From assembly GCA_051941275.1 (NCBI GenBank), contig JAVEBF010000041.1, positions 1 through 41,364 on the forward strand: 41,364 nucleotides of DNA, read 5' to 3'. The DNA comes from Dirinaria sp. TL-2023a (lineage: Eukaryota). Position 1 is the stretch's first letter, and each line of letters opens with the position of its first letter. The notes below the pieces were generated by a model, which did no database searches, had not been told where the DNA came from, and saw nothing but the letters and a program-made list of their open reading frames with translations. Positions 11,399 to 22,600 of this stretch are shown here, one piece after another. A program made the position numbers and the translations under genes.

Positions 11399-14111
11399 TC
11401 ATCGCATGGTGCTGTCGACTAGCTCCCGGTACATTTGCTTGAGGTCGGCGACATCAGCAACCAACTCCTCTACCCTCTCACTCTTTTCACCTAGCATTTC
11501 CAATGTTGTCAAGTACCTTTCCTGGGTTTGCTCGTTGTCCTCCTCTAAGTCTTTGACGCGCTCATCCAGCTTTCGTTTCTCCTCCGCTTCACGCATCAAA
11601 CTTACAACTTGCTCTCTGGCTTCGTCGCGTTGTTCTGATAGTCGAGCTAATTCATCCTTCGAAGCTGCTTTCTCGCTTTCGAGTCGGCGGACAGCGGCAC
11701 TCATTCTCTCGACAAGTTGAACAGAGGGACCTGCGCCTGCCGTAGAAGCAGAGATCATGTCATTAATCGTATGCTCGGGGCTCGCAGGTGTTCGCACTCC
11801 GTCAAAAAAGTCGTCTTGATTGTCTACTGTTATAGATGGTGTTTCCGGTACGGTGCCGTTGATAGAAACTTGTTGCGTGAAGGTATTGGAGTCTTGTCGT
11901 GGAGTAGCGCGTATTTCCGATGAACGTAGCCGTTGTGTGGAAGAGCGTCGGCTTACGGGGCGATCGATAGCAGTCCCAGAAATAGCTAGACCCGAAGGAT
12001 AGCGATTATGCGAGTTGTGTTTGTCAGGGTTTGAATTCTTGCGGTTGCGACTAGAGGTAGCGAGCGGCTGGTTGCGGAGTTGTTGATAGAGCGGATCTGG
12101 GGATTTAGCCAGCTCTTCCCTCTGTTTGGCCCGCTCTTCTTCGATTCGTTGAGCTTGACGAGCTTCCGAAGCTTCACGCTCCGCTTGTAGGTCCTTGCGA
12201 GCTTCTGTAACCTCAGCTTCTGCTTTGGAAAGCTTCTCCTGGAGATTCGCAAGATGGATGGATTGTTCCATGAGCTCGTGATGCAACTCTTTAGACTCTG
12301 CGGCGGCCTTGTCGCGGTCTTCTTCGATGCTTCTAGCTTTCGAATTCTGCATAATTTTATCAGTCATGCGCGCTTGCAGTTGAACTCTTTAACAATAGTA
12401 CTTACGGATTCCCGAGCTTTTCGTCGCACATCGGCCTCCCGTTTGGCAACTTCCTCCCGTTCGTTCTCTAGCGTAGCGACTCTGGACAGCAATGATCCCT
12501 CTATACCCTGCCAATTCTTGCTAGCAATTGCGTATTGATTTTGTAATGTCTCAATCTGTCGGAGCAATTTGGCTTGGACATCTCCCAAGCTACCTGCCGA
12601 CGCCTCTTCGGCACGAGCGCGAAAAGCCTCGAGACGACTCTCAAGGATGTTCTGCTCGCCCTGCCGTTCAATTTCAGCCACTCTTGCTCGTTCCTTATGG
12701 CGTTCCGCCATTTCTTTCAGACCTCGAATTTCGGTCAAGTACCCTTTCTCGTTTATATCTTGCTCCATTTTAATCCTCGAAAGCTCATCAGCTAATTCTA
12801 CCGCTCGTTTTCTCTCTGCCTCTAGAGCTTTGCTATCAGCGTTCCCTTGAGCATCCTGGGTATCAGCAAGGGCTTTGGAAAGTTGGCCCTGCAAAGACTC
12901 AATGGTTGATGCATGGACCGCCCGTTCCGCCCTCAGAGTTTCCAGCTCTTTCTCAATTTTAGGAAGTGTCTTCGTCTTCTCCACTGCCCGGCGTTCCGCG
13001 GCTTCTGCTTTCTTGACCTTTTCTTGCATCTCTCGCGCCGCCTTCTCATGCTTTTCCGCTAATCTCCTAGAATCAGCGAGGCGTTTTTCATCTTCACCAG
13101 ACTTAGCGCGCAATTTCTTAATAATACTCATGTGCTTGAGCTCAGTTTGCGAGAGCTTTTGCCCTTCTTCCATCAAGAGTGCAATTTTCTCATCCTTAGC
13201 CGCAAACTTTTCATCATTGGAGCCAGGATCAGCGCTTGATAAAGCCCGCCTGGCGGTCTCTGCGGCTTCCTTGGTCAGATACTGTAATTTAGATTGCAGA
13301 GCATCAATGCGCTCCAAGAAATCGTGCGTTTCTTCTTGGCGGCGAAGCTCAGCCTTCTCATAGTCGGAGCGCAGTTGTTCAGTAATCCTTCCATTTTGAT
13401 CAGAGCTCCCGGATTTAGTCTCTTCAACGTGGCCGTTAATTTTTGGCTCATCAGCTACATGATAACTCGTGTAGTTCTGGTCTAGTGATTGCCTGGTCGA
13501 GACTGACCTATGGGAATCAATTGAAGGGCGTGCAGGTTCAGACTCAGAAGGCACTAGGTCCAAGGTGTTGATTTTGGATGATCCGGGCTTTTGCACCTCT
13601 TCAGTTATGTTGTCGCCAGATATGCTGAGGGGATCACTGGTTTTCGCAATGGATGCGCTGACAATATCCTCTCTATTTGAGTCCGTGCTCACTCGGGAGC
13701 TGGCTATTACATTAGCAGGGCTCCCAGTCCTTGATGGTACATTCGAGGTTGTAGCCGAAGTTTCGCTAGGCTTGCTAGCATTTCTAGCAGCCCTGGCCCG
13801 GGCTAGTTTCTCATTGAGACGATCTTGGGCTCTGTTGCTCGAAGGAGTACGGGCCGGACCTGGCGCGTATTAGAACGAGAGGTGGTTGGGAAACGGAGGG
13901 CGGCAGAGGAAATACTATCTGCGCTGGCTGTCTGCACCACCGGTCTTGCCAAATCATCTTTCTTCTTCGCCTGCTCGGTTGTTGTCACTTCACTATTAAC
14001 TTTTGAGGTGCTTTCTTCGTCTGCTAGGATATTGTCCAGCCGGGACTCCAGCCCAGTGAGAAATGAACCCCATCTTGACCCTTTAGCTGCTGCTGGAGGT
14101 GGAGAGGCCAT
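11399..14111 (-). CDS. SGM1: Golgin Sgm1/TMF1 (TATA element modulatory factor); two introns (about 13916-13860 and 12404-12348)
   Basis: N-terminal WGSFL..LESRLDNIL, long coiled coils including LMEEGQKLSQTELKH, and the C-terminal TMF domain GPSVQLVERMSAAVRRLESEK...LEMLGEKSERVEEL.ADVADLKQMYR. Confidence 0.92.
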
Positions 14112-14454
14112 TTCAAGCTCGAGCTTCGAATTGCCTATACCCTTGCCTATCTAAGGACATGCTGACACGTGTAGTTCGGTTCGCTGACTATTGGACGCAG
14201 ACTTGGACTTGCAGCCATGTGCATAGCATCAACTTTGGGTTCATCTGCATGTTGATTTGTTCGTGATGCAGTCAGTTTAAATACTCATCTCCTACATCAT
14301 CTAACGGTTTGCTCGGCTACACTTTCGTAGTATGAGTACCTCAGTATTTGTAGGAAAGTCGTGGCCTGGGGAAGAATTGCAAGGCTGAGGCGCCAAGAGC
14401 GCTTGGCCGAGGAGGCGCGGAAAAACACGTGGAGAGCTAGACACACGTAGCCTA

Positions 14455-14580
14455 GTGCCAAACCTTGGCGTTAAGGTACCTTACTCAATCCAATAGTACC
14501 TTACCTACCTTACCGTACCTAAAGTAGGTAAGGCACTCCGTAAGTAATGTAATCTTACTCTTCAATACCTTAAGGCAATG
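14455..14580. repeat. Cluster of TACCT/AGGTA motifs containing the perfect palindrome TAAGGTACCTTA (14472-14483)
   Basis: Read directly: ttaaggtaccttac...gtaccttacctaccttaccgtacctaaagtaggtaagg...ataccttaagg. Confidence 0.75.
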
Positions 14581-14909
14581 CGGGATTTACCTATGGTCAT
14601 CATCTGTATTTGCCGATCAATATCGATATTTCTGACAATGAGTTAAGGTTGAAGGTCCTAGAGAGTATATGTCAAGCTGCAATATCGTTGTTGCTGACGA
14701 AAATCTTCTTTGGACCCACCTAATTTATGCCCAATGTTGTTGACACCGATGCGTCGATCTTGAACTACCCAATGATTTGATGTCTTGTTCTACTTCAGGC
14801 CTTTCCCTTAGAAAACCTTCCAATTGGACTGTCAAAATCAGCAATTGATTAGTGTATTCATATACAGCTAGGATAAACAGAGAGAAAAGTGCCTTGTCGA
14901 TCAATCACA

Positions 14910-17144
14910 ATGGCTCAAAAGGGGCAGACATCATCTGCATCTGCATCTACACCAAGTACAGCGGCGACGCAGAACCTTAAGTCTCATGCTTGTGTCTTGT
15001 GCCAGAGGCGGAAAGTGAAATGCGATAGGAGAGATCCCTGTGCGGGGTGTACAAAAGCTCGAACGAAATGCGAGTTTCGCCCCCCTGGTCCGCCCCGACG
15101 TCGTCCTCGCAAATCCGGCGAGGCAGGGCTACTCGCAAAGGTGAGGCGCTATGAGGAACTACTGAGAGGCTATGGCGTTCAGATCGAATCCTTGAGCAGC
15201 AAGGTTGAAGTAGCTCGTGAAGCTGACGACATGGAAATCGTTTCCGACGACAATACTTGCGAGCAGAGGAAAATTTCTGGTCAAGACCCGATCGCGTCTA
15301 AACCCTCCCGTTCGCAGGTCGTCGATAACGGTAGGATGATAATGAAGAACGGCAAAGCCCGATATCTTGAAAACAGGCTATGGACGCATCTCAGCGACGA
15401 GTTCATGGAAGCTGGTGATATTCTTCCTGTATCCTCTGAAGACGAAGATACTGAAACACCTCTCCGGGATCTCAACAGGATGGATCCTCATGGCGGCGAC
15501 TTCCTACTCGATTCACCGGCAAGCATCGATCTTCGAAGCTTACATCCCTCACCAATCCAAAGCTTGAGATTATGGCAAACGTTCTTGGATAATGTCAATC
15601 CATTAGTCAAGTTAGTTCATGCACCAACGGTACAGCAGGCCTTGCTCGAAGCAACGGAGGACCTGGATGATGTGCCAAGACCGATGGAATGTTTGATGTT
15701 CGCAATCTATGCGTGCGCCGTACTTTCTATGAGCAACGCAGAATGCGAGAAGATACTGGGAGAAGCCAGATCTGATGCGTTGCCAAGGTATCAAAACGCG
15801 ACGCGGCAAGCCTTAATCGGTACAGGGCTACTCAAGACCTCGAATATAACACTCCTCCAGTCTTTCGTCCTCTTCCTTCTTTGCATGCGCCAACGTTACG
15901 ACAGCCAGTCATTATGGGTTTTGACCGGAGTAGCGACTCGGATCGGGGTCCGGCTTGGGCTCCACCGCGATGGTGCTGACCTCAACATTGCACCTTTCGA
16001 AGCTGAGATCCGGCGTCGGCTTTGGTGGCAGATCATTTTGTTGGAAGCCCGTGCCGCAGAATTCTCAGGAGTGGGACACCTCTTATCCGAACTGCATTTC
16101 ACGACTAAGATCCCACTGAATATTAATGACGGTAGCCTGCATCCATCAATGGTGGAGTTCCCGGTTGAAGAGAATGGTGCTACAGAGATGATTCATTGCC
16201 TTATACGATACGAAATTGGCAATTTTCTGAAGCAAGGACACGCTATGAACACGTTGGATGGAAGCCTGCAGAGATTAAATAGCTCTGAAGTCTCTGTCGA
16301 GCACAAGGAAAAGGCTATTCAAGGCTTGGAGGAACTCCTTGAACGGCGCTATCTGCGCTATTGTGACCCTTCCATACCCCTTCACTTCGTCAGCGCAATT
16401 ATGGTAAGATTGATAATGTGCAAGCTGCGATTTCGAAGTCTGCATCCCCGCCATTACTGGTGAGCACGTTTTGCAGCACCCATGGTGCTAGATCATAAAT
16501 GCTGACCCAGATTGCATTACAGGGCACGGAAGAACATTCCGCAAGAGGAAAAGGAGATTCTCTTCTCCATCTGCGTAAAGATAATTGAATACGACAACAT
16601 TGTACAAAACAATAGCGCCACTCAAGGATTCCTCTGGCATACAAGAGAGCAATTCCAGTGGGATGCATTGATCCACGTTCTCAGTGAACTACGCTCTCGT
16701 GAGGCAGGGGAATCAACCAATCATGCTTGGCATCAGGTCGACGAAGTTTTCAAGCACCATTCATTCATAGATAAAAGGAAAGGCCTACATGTGGCGATAA
16801 TCAGGTTGACGGCGCGAGCTTGGGAGAGCTATGAAAGTAGATGTGGGCAAAACCAGCAAGTCAAGTATGAAGTCGTCTCTGAACAATTGCTGGAAGTCTT
16901 AAGGGCTCGGAAAGCCATTCTTAGAACTGCGGCGGATGCGGCGAAAGTGGACCCCAAGGCTACCGAAGCAGACCAACTAGGTCCAGTGTCTTCTGAGGGC
17001 ATGATCGACAGCGTGGGTGCGGAGCCCGATTTTGATTTCAATACCTGGCCTCTTGATTCCTCAGATATGGATTGGCGAGACTGGTCCCGGTGGGATGACT
17101 TGCTCCAAGATTCTGAGCTGAACCCAGTCAGCACTGCGTTCTAG
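14910..17144 (+). CDS. Zn(II)2Cys6 fungal transcription factor with a Fungal_trans middle domain; intron 16460-16522
   Basis: Binuclear cluster CVLCQRRKVKCDRRDPCAGCTKARTKC; FLDNVNPLVKLVHAPT; RLGLHRDG...FEAEIRRRLWW; acidic C-terminal tail. Confidence 0.93.
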
Positions 17145-17454
17145 GTACAGAAGGTCCTACGAGCTGTAAATCATGGTGAAAGAGACGCCTTTCACATTTG
17201 CTGTGTAGAAAAGCGAAACACACTTCATATACCCAGAGCTCTTCATAAGTTGCTGAAGGAAAGCGAGATGGATCTTGCTTCAGAACATTCTCCATGGCTC
17301 GAATTGTTTTTGATCTCTCGCTACTTTACTCAATATTATGTGGAAATTTCAAGGTTGGGGCTCAAGGCTGGATGCTCAATTTTAATTTGGATGTTCTTCT
17401 GCAATGTTCTTGTACTTGTGGAAGAAACCTCATGAAGAATTGTCGATAGCTTGG

Positions 17455-17560
17455 CCTAGAGGTACGTAAGGCAAGTACATTCGTAGGTGTATAAGGTACC
17501 TCACTTAAGGTACTTGACTTTATGTTTTGCCTTACTTTCCCTTAAGGAAACCTAAGTGGA
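17455..17560. repeat. Second cluster of AGGTA/TACCT/CCTTAAGG motifs
   Basis: Read directly: gaggtacgtaaggcaagtac...taaggtacctcacttaaggtac...tttcccttaaggaaa. Confidence 0.7.
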
Positions 17561-17849
17561 GGTGTAGAGGTCCGCGCCAAGACTGGGTGCCGGGTGGTTT
17601 ATAGGTACGCTTTGGTGAGCACAGGTGCCTCATAGGTAGAACTTGGTTCGTTGGGGACGATAATCATGGGTGATCCCCAGGGCGCCGTTGCAGTGATCGC
17701 ACTAGCCAGGGCTTACCTATGGCGCGGACACTCCGTACCAATATTTGCGGCTCGTTTCTGTACATCATATTCCTCGTAACCCTGAGTCCGAGCCTACCTT
17801 ATCCAGGCATTTCCAGTCCATCTCCAGCCACTGAGCAACCTCCGTGAAG

Positions 17850-18330
17850 ATGTCGATTCCAAATGAAGCCTTACAAAAGGTTGTTTCCGCCTCAGGTCTA
17901 CCTACCTTTTTCCATGCGCTGGCTCACAAGGTCACAGCTCGTCGAAGAAATCGAGTCGCAGGCTGTTTCGGCGCAGCGCGAGATTAGCTTAGTGAAAGCT
18001 GCGATTTCTACCAAACAGCGGGATATCCGTATGCTCGAGCTCACCGGCGGTGAGGTTAAGCAGTTGTCCAAAGACACCAACGTTTACGAAGGAGTGGGCA
18101 AGATGTCAGTGATGCACTGGGGGACCCTAATCTACTGCACATAAACTGATTCGACCCCAAGGTTTGTCTTAAGCCCCACAGCTGAAGTGGAGAAGCGATT
18201 GTCTTCCGAGAGTGCGGAATTGAAGTCGGATATCTCGAGTCTCAACAAGAAGCTTCACTACCTGGAGACGACATACAAAAACAGCCAGGAGCAGATGGCC
18301 AAGATCTTCAAGTCTGGTGCCAAGTCATGA
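17850..18330 (+). CDS. PFD1: Prefoldin subunit 1 (beta type), 3 exons
   Basis: Spliced translation MSIPNEALQK|LVEEIESQA...DTNVYEGVGKM|FVLSP...KKLHYLETTYKNS carries the YEGVGKMF and KKLxYLE signatures. Confidence 0.93.
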
Positions 18331-19374
18331 GGCTTCAGTGGGCTTCATCTAAGTGCTTACCATCAAAGCATGATCGATTGCGACACTGTGCGACGGGGTT
18401 TAAAATTGTTGACTAATGATTATTGACTTCATTCACTGTTGCTAAATCATTTTCCGACGAGCATGTGGGCGTTCAGTAGGACGCTTGAAACGGACAGTGC
18501 TTGAGCGGGTTCAGCAAAGTTGCCTGAAAAATCTAGAGTCATACAACCAAAAGCCGAAGAGCTTAGGCAGGAGTAGTGGGGCCGCTGACAGTAATATCGT
18601 ATGCTGCCTTGGGCTGAAGGAAGCGTGGAGCAAAGGAGCCCAACTGGTTGGGTCCTCAAGCAGAAAAGTGTATTATCGCATGCGTCATAAGGATTCGCTT
18701 TTCATCTCATGCATGATAGGGCAACACCACCGTGGGTGTGTCGCAACAAGCGCCCTTTTCGTCGGCTTGCGCTGCACCATCGCACCAGCATGCGCTCTTG
18801 CCCAACACAGGCCAGTCATATCTCATCTAGAACCATGTTTCGAAATTTGCATGTCCAAGTCTGGGAGATGTTGGTCGACAAGTAAATCACTGCCTAACAA
18901 GAAAACCATGAGGCTCAATCTCCAAACGCACAGCCCCCACATCGAGTTCGAGCGCAGGAAGTATTCCGTAAATAAGGCGGTAGTGTGTGCGCCGGACCCA
19001 CGCAAGTCCAGTCTAGAACATGCGGCGTAGTATTTGAACTTGCACCGCAAAGCCGATTCGCAATCTCCACGAAGGAGCGACAAGCTAACGACAGCAGCCC
19101 ACATGCCTTTGCAGGCCGCAACTACTTAAACCGTCGGTGGCCCCGCGGTAGCACAAATTCTTACTCTGAACATGTTCATGTTGAAATTTGGAAAGTTCTC
19201 GTCCCCGTCAGCAATGTGGGTGGTGTGACATCGAAATCCGCTGACCAGCTTCGTGCGACTCGTTTCTTTTTCATTCCTTCGGCAGATTGCAGTCCAGTAT
19301 ATTTCCAATCAAACGACAATCCGTCGTGAAAGTATTATTTTGCATACCTGCTTCGACAGCCGATTGTTGCTGAC

Positions 19375-20459
19375 ATGGATTGGCCGGGCGCTGATGTGGT
19401 TAACGGCGTGCCAGTTGTCCTCGCTCAGCGCCCTGCTCGAAACCGTCCTCGTCATGCTAGCGAGCACCACGCACGCCAACAAGTTTACTACATCCAAGAC
19501 GGGAACGGCTATCTAGCCCCAGGAATGGGGGGCGGCATTCACCGTTCATCGTCTGCTGCAGGCCACCGCAGAGGCTCAGCTAACATTATCATCAATAACT
19601 CGCAATACGATGATTACTCGCCTGAGCGGAGACCGAGGCGCACAAGTTACCACGAACAACGCTATGACTCTGACAGCTTGGATGAGCGCTCACACAGTCA
19701 CGAGCGCCACATACCTCGGTCAAGGAGCGACGCTCACCATCACCATTCCCACACACCTTCACCAGTCCCTGATCCGGACCTGGAGAGGAGATTGGAGAAA
19801 CTAGCAATTTTGGAGAGAAAGGAAGAAGAGGAACACCAACGGCAACGGTTTCATGAGGAGCAAATCATTGAAGCAGCACGGAAAGCAGAAGAAAAAAAGA
19901 AACAGGATGAATTGAAAAAATTGGCTGTGGAAGAGTACAACGCGAAGAAGCTGGAAGATGAGCTAAAGGCAAGGAAAAAGAAAGAGGAAGAAGATAAGGC
20001 TTTCCGAGAAAGGGTGCGGATAGAGTTTGGCGCCGCAGGATACTCGGAGGAAAGCATCGAGAAGATCCTAGCAAAAGGCGAGAAGGGCCATGGCAAAAAG
20101 ACGATCATGGATGTCTCGAGGCCGACGTACATCAAGGTGCACCACAGGCATTTGAGCCCGGAAACGCTGGATGCGTACGAGCTGCCGTGGGAGTGGGATC
20201 CTGTGAGTAAATTGGAAACGATGGAAGCCTGCAGCCGCTAACCGGATTACAGCAAAATGCGAACTACATTCTCATCAAGCGCTGGATCCCCGAGCACGAT
20301 CAAGACAAACTCTTCGATCACACGCGCAGGCTCCGCGAAGGACGGCTCCTCGAAAATCGGACCACCGAATTTAAGCGTGAGCGCGATCAGCTTATGCTCG
20401 TAAGAAAGAAGTCGGGATCGCGGAAAAAGTCCCCCGCACGATATTATATGTTCAGCTAA
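19375..20459 (+). CDS. Uncharacterised fungal protein (Arg/His/Ser-rich region, charged coiled coil, compact C-terminal domain); intron about 20203-20252
   Basis: A 288 aa ORF plus a spliced exon gives RPTYIKVHHRHLSPETLDAYELPWEWDP|QNANYILIKRWIPEHDQDKLFDHTRRLRE; the intron reads GTGAGT..CTAAC..CAG. Confidence 0.8.
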
Positions 20460-20734
20460 ATACGTGATGCTCCGGCTGATATTGGGCGTCATGCCCCGCA
20501 TATGGTTCTTTTGAAGTTGGAGATTTAGCTTAGGCGCTTGGACTTCGCTTGTTTCCATTGCTACTTTACTGATTGGATTACGTACTATAGGCTTTTGATA
20601 TCTATTGCAACCACATGCTATGAAACCAGCGCGTATCACTGTATCTTATCCTTACACTCCGAACTGGTGAAGCGCTCCGTATGTCATGGACGATGTCTTG
20701 ATCACGTTTCCGGCACATGTCTGAGTAGAAAAGA

Positions 20735-21940
20735 TCAGACCTCAGGATATATGTCACTGCATACCATCAGCTTCCGCCACACCAAGAAAAACATCAGGGC
20801 CATGGCGACCCACGTCCTTCGCAACAGCGGCATCTCGCGCTTGATTTTCTTCACCAGATCTAAATCGATATCTGCAGTAGCAATCTCCGGCTCCCCGCTG
20901 TCACCGCCAAGTTTGGCAACCACCTCGCCCCAAGGCGACACAATCATCGAATGACCGTAGCTGACACGCTTTTCGTTATGCGCTCCGACCTGGGCAGCAG
21001 CGACGACGTAGGATTGCGTCTCAACGGCTCGCGCTCTAAGGAGAGGTTCCCAATGGGCCTTGCCGGTGTGCACCGTGAAGGCGGAGGGGTAGGTGATGAT
21101 CTGAGCGTCCTGACGCTTCAGAGCGAGGCTGGTCTCGGGGAAGCGGAGCTAGTGCACTCGGTCAGCTCTGCTCTTTTATAGCCTTAGAACGAAGTGAGAA
21201 CGACGGGCGTAGACACGCTTGAGCAATCTCTCATGCGCTTAAAGCTATCGTACCGAACGCATAATCCATCCTTCGTACTTACATCAAAACAGATCATCAA
21301 CCCAACCCTCCCAAGCACCGTTTCAAAAGGGGGCACAACCTCCATACCTGCCTCCACATTATTGCTCTCCTTTAAAACCGGCCCGTCTTTAATGTCAACG
21401 TCGAACAGGTGCAGCTTTTGATATCTGACACTTATGAGCCCTGAACGTACAGACATACTAGATCCAAACGTCCAGAGCACCTTTGCGAAATTTCTCCTTC
21501 TCCATTGATCCAGATCAACGTGTTCTTAACCTTCTTCCCGCCTTCGGCAGGCTCATGAATTCCCACATTGATTGGCAGGTGTTCGCGTTTGGCTTCTTTC
21601 TGCAATCCGAGGATGAATTCGCTCTTCGTGACCGGGCATGCTAGGGAGACGGTTTCGGCGGCAGAGGAGCCGATGTAATCACTTGCTTCGGGAAGGAAGA
21701 GGGCCTAGAGGAGAGGGACTGGTTGAGTCAATGGAGGTGGCTATGGAAGCATGAGTAAAAAGCGCTGAGCGGAGTTACGGTACTTTTGCGCCGGCTGCGA
21801 TGGCTTTAGCGACGAGCTGTTGACATTGACGAAGATTATGGGACATGGACGACGTGGAGCAGAGCTGCCCTACTGCCTAGATGGGCATCAGATATCGGAG
21901 GCTTGTTGGACGGGGAATGCTTGGGTACCGCAATGGCCAT
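20735..21940 (-). CDS. NIT2: Nitrilase-superfamily amidase (Nit1/yeast Nit2-type, probable deaminated-glutathione amidase), 6 exons
   Basis: MAIA|AVGQLCS, LFLPEASDY (catalytic E), YQKLHLFDV (K), ICFD|LRFPE (C), YPSAFTVHTGKAHWEPLLRARAVETQSYV, KRVSYGHSMIVSPWG. Confidence 0.92.
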
Positions 21941-22600
21941 GATGGATGTGGACTGAGGCTGATTGGCTCTAGAGGAGCTCACTAGACAGGAGGTCCAGCA
22001 GTAATACTATTATTGCTTGTAATAACAGATGCGAGGAGGGTGATACTAATCTGCAGACGTACGGATTTAGAGATGGATCACCATGACAGTATGTAAGGCA
22101 AAGAAAGTGGTAGTCCACTCGTCCAGTTGTCCGCGAAAGACGAAAGTGAAGGTGGGGGTACCCCTGACTCTGGCTTGACGCTAGCGGCGCCTTCATCTCA
22201 AATGCCCCCCTTCGCCCCTGTCTGTCTAAGGTTCTGTACCCGAGGGACCCTTAAAGTAATATGTAATCAAATCTGCAAATTTCCAGTTGCACTCCAACTC
22301 TCCGCAGATATGTAGGCACGTCCATATAACCATAAGACTACAATCCTCCCTCGCTGCACTTGCTGCTTCTCCCTCCACCAAATGCAACAATCAGACTCCG
22401 TTCGGCCGTTCGAGCCAAATCGGGCAATCATCCCCAACGCACAGGCGAGAACAGGCTCAGAATCTGAGGAGATCGAAAGACAAGCCGCTCCGCTCCCGCT
22501 TCGCCTGCAGCAACATGCGCTGAACAGCTTAACGTCCCGCCCTTGCATGTGACCTTGTCCGGCCCTTGGAAAGTACCTAAAGTACCAGTACATCAGCACG

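Noticed and set aside
18485..19030. 181 aa ORF, and many other antisense or overlapping ORFs in the track
   Set aside because: They have non-ATG starts and no recognisable motifs; most are shadows of real genes.
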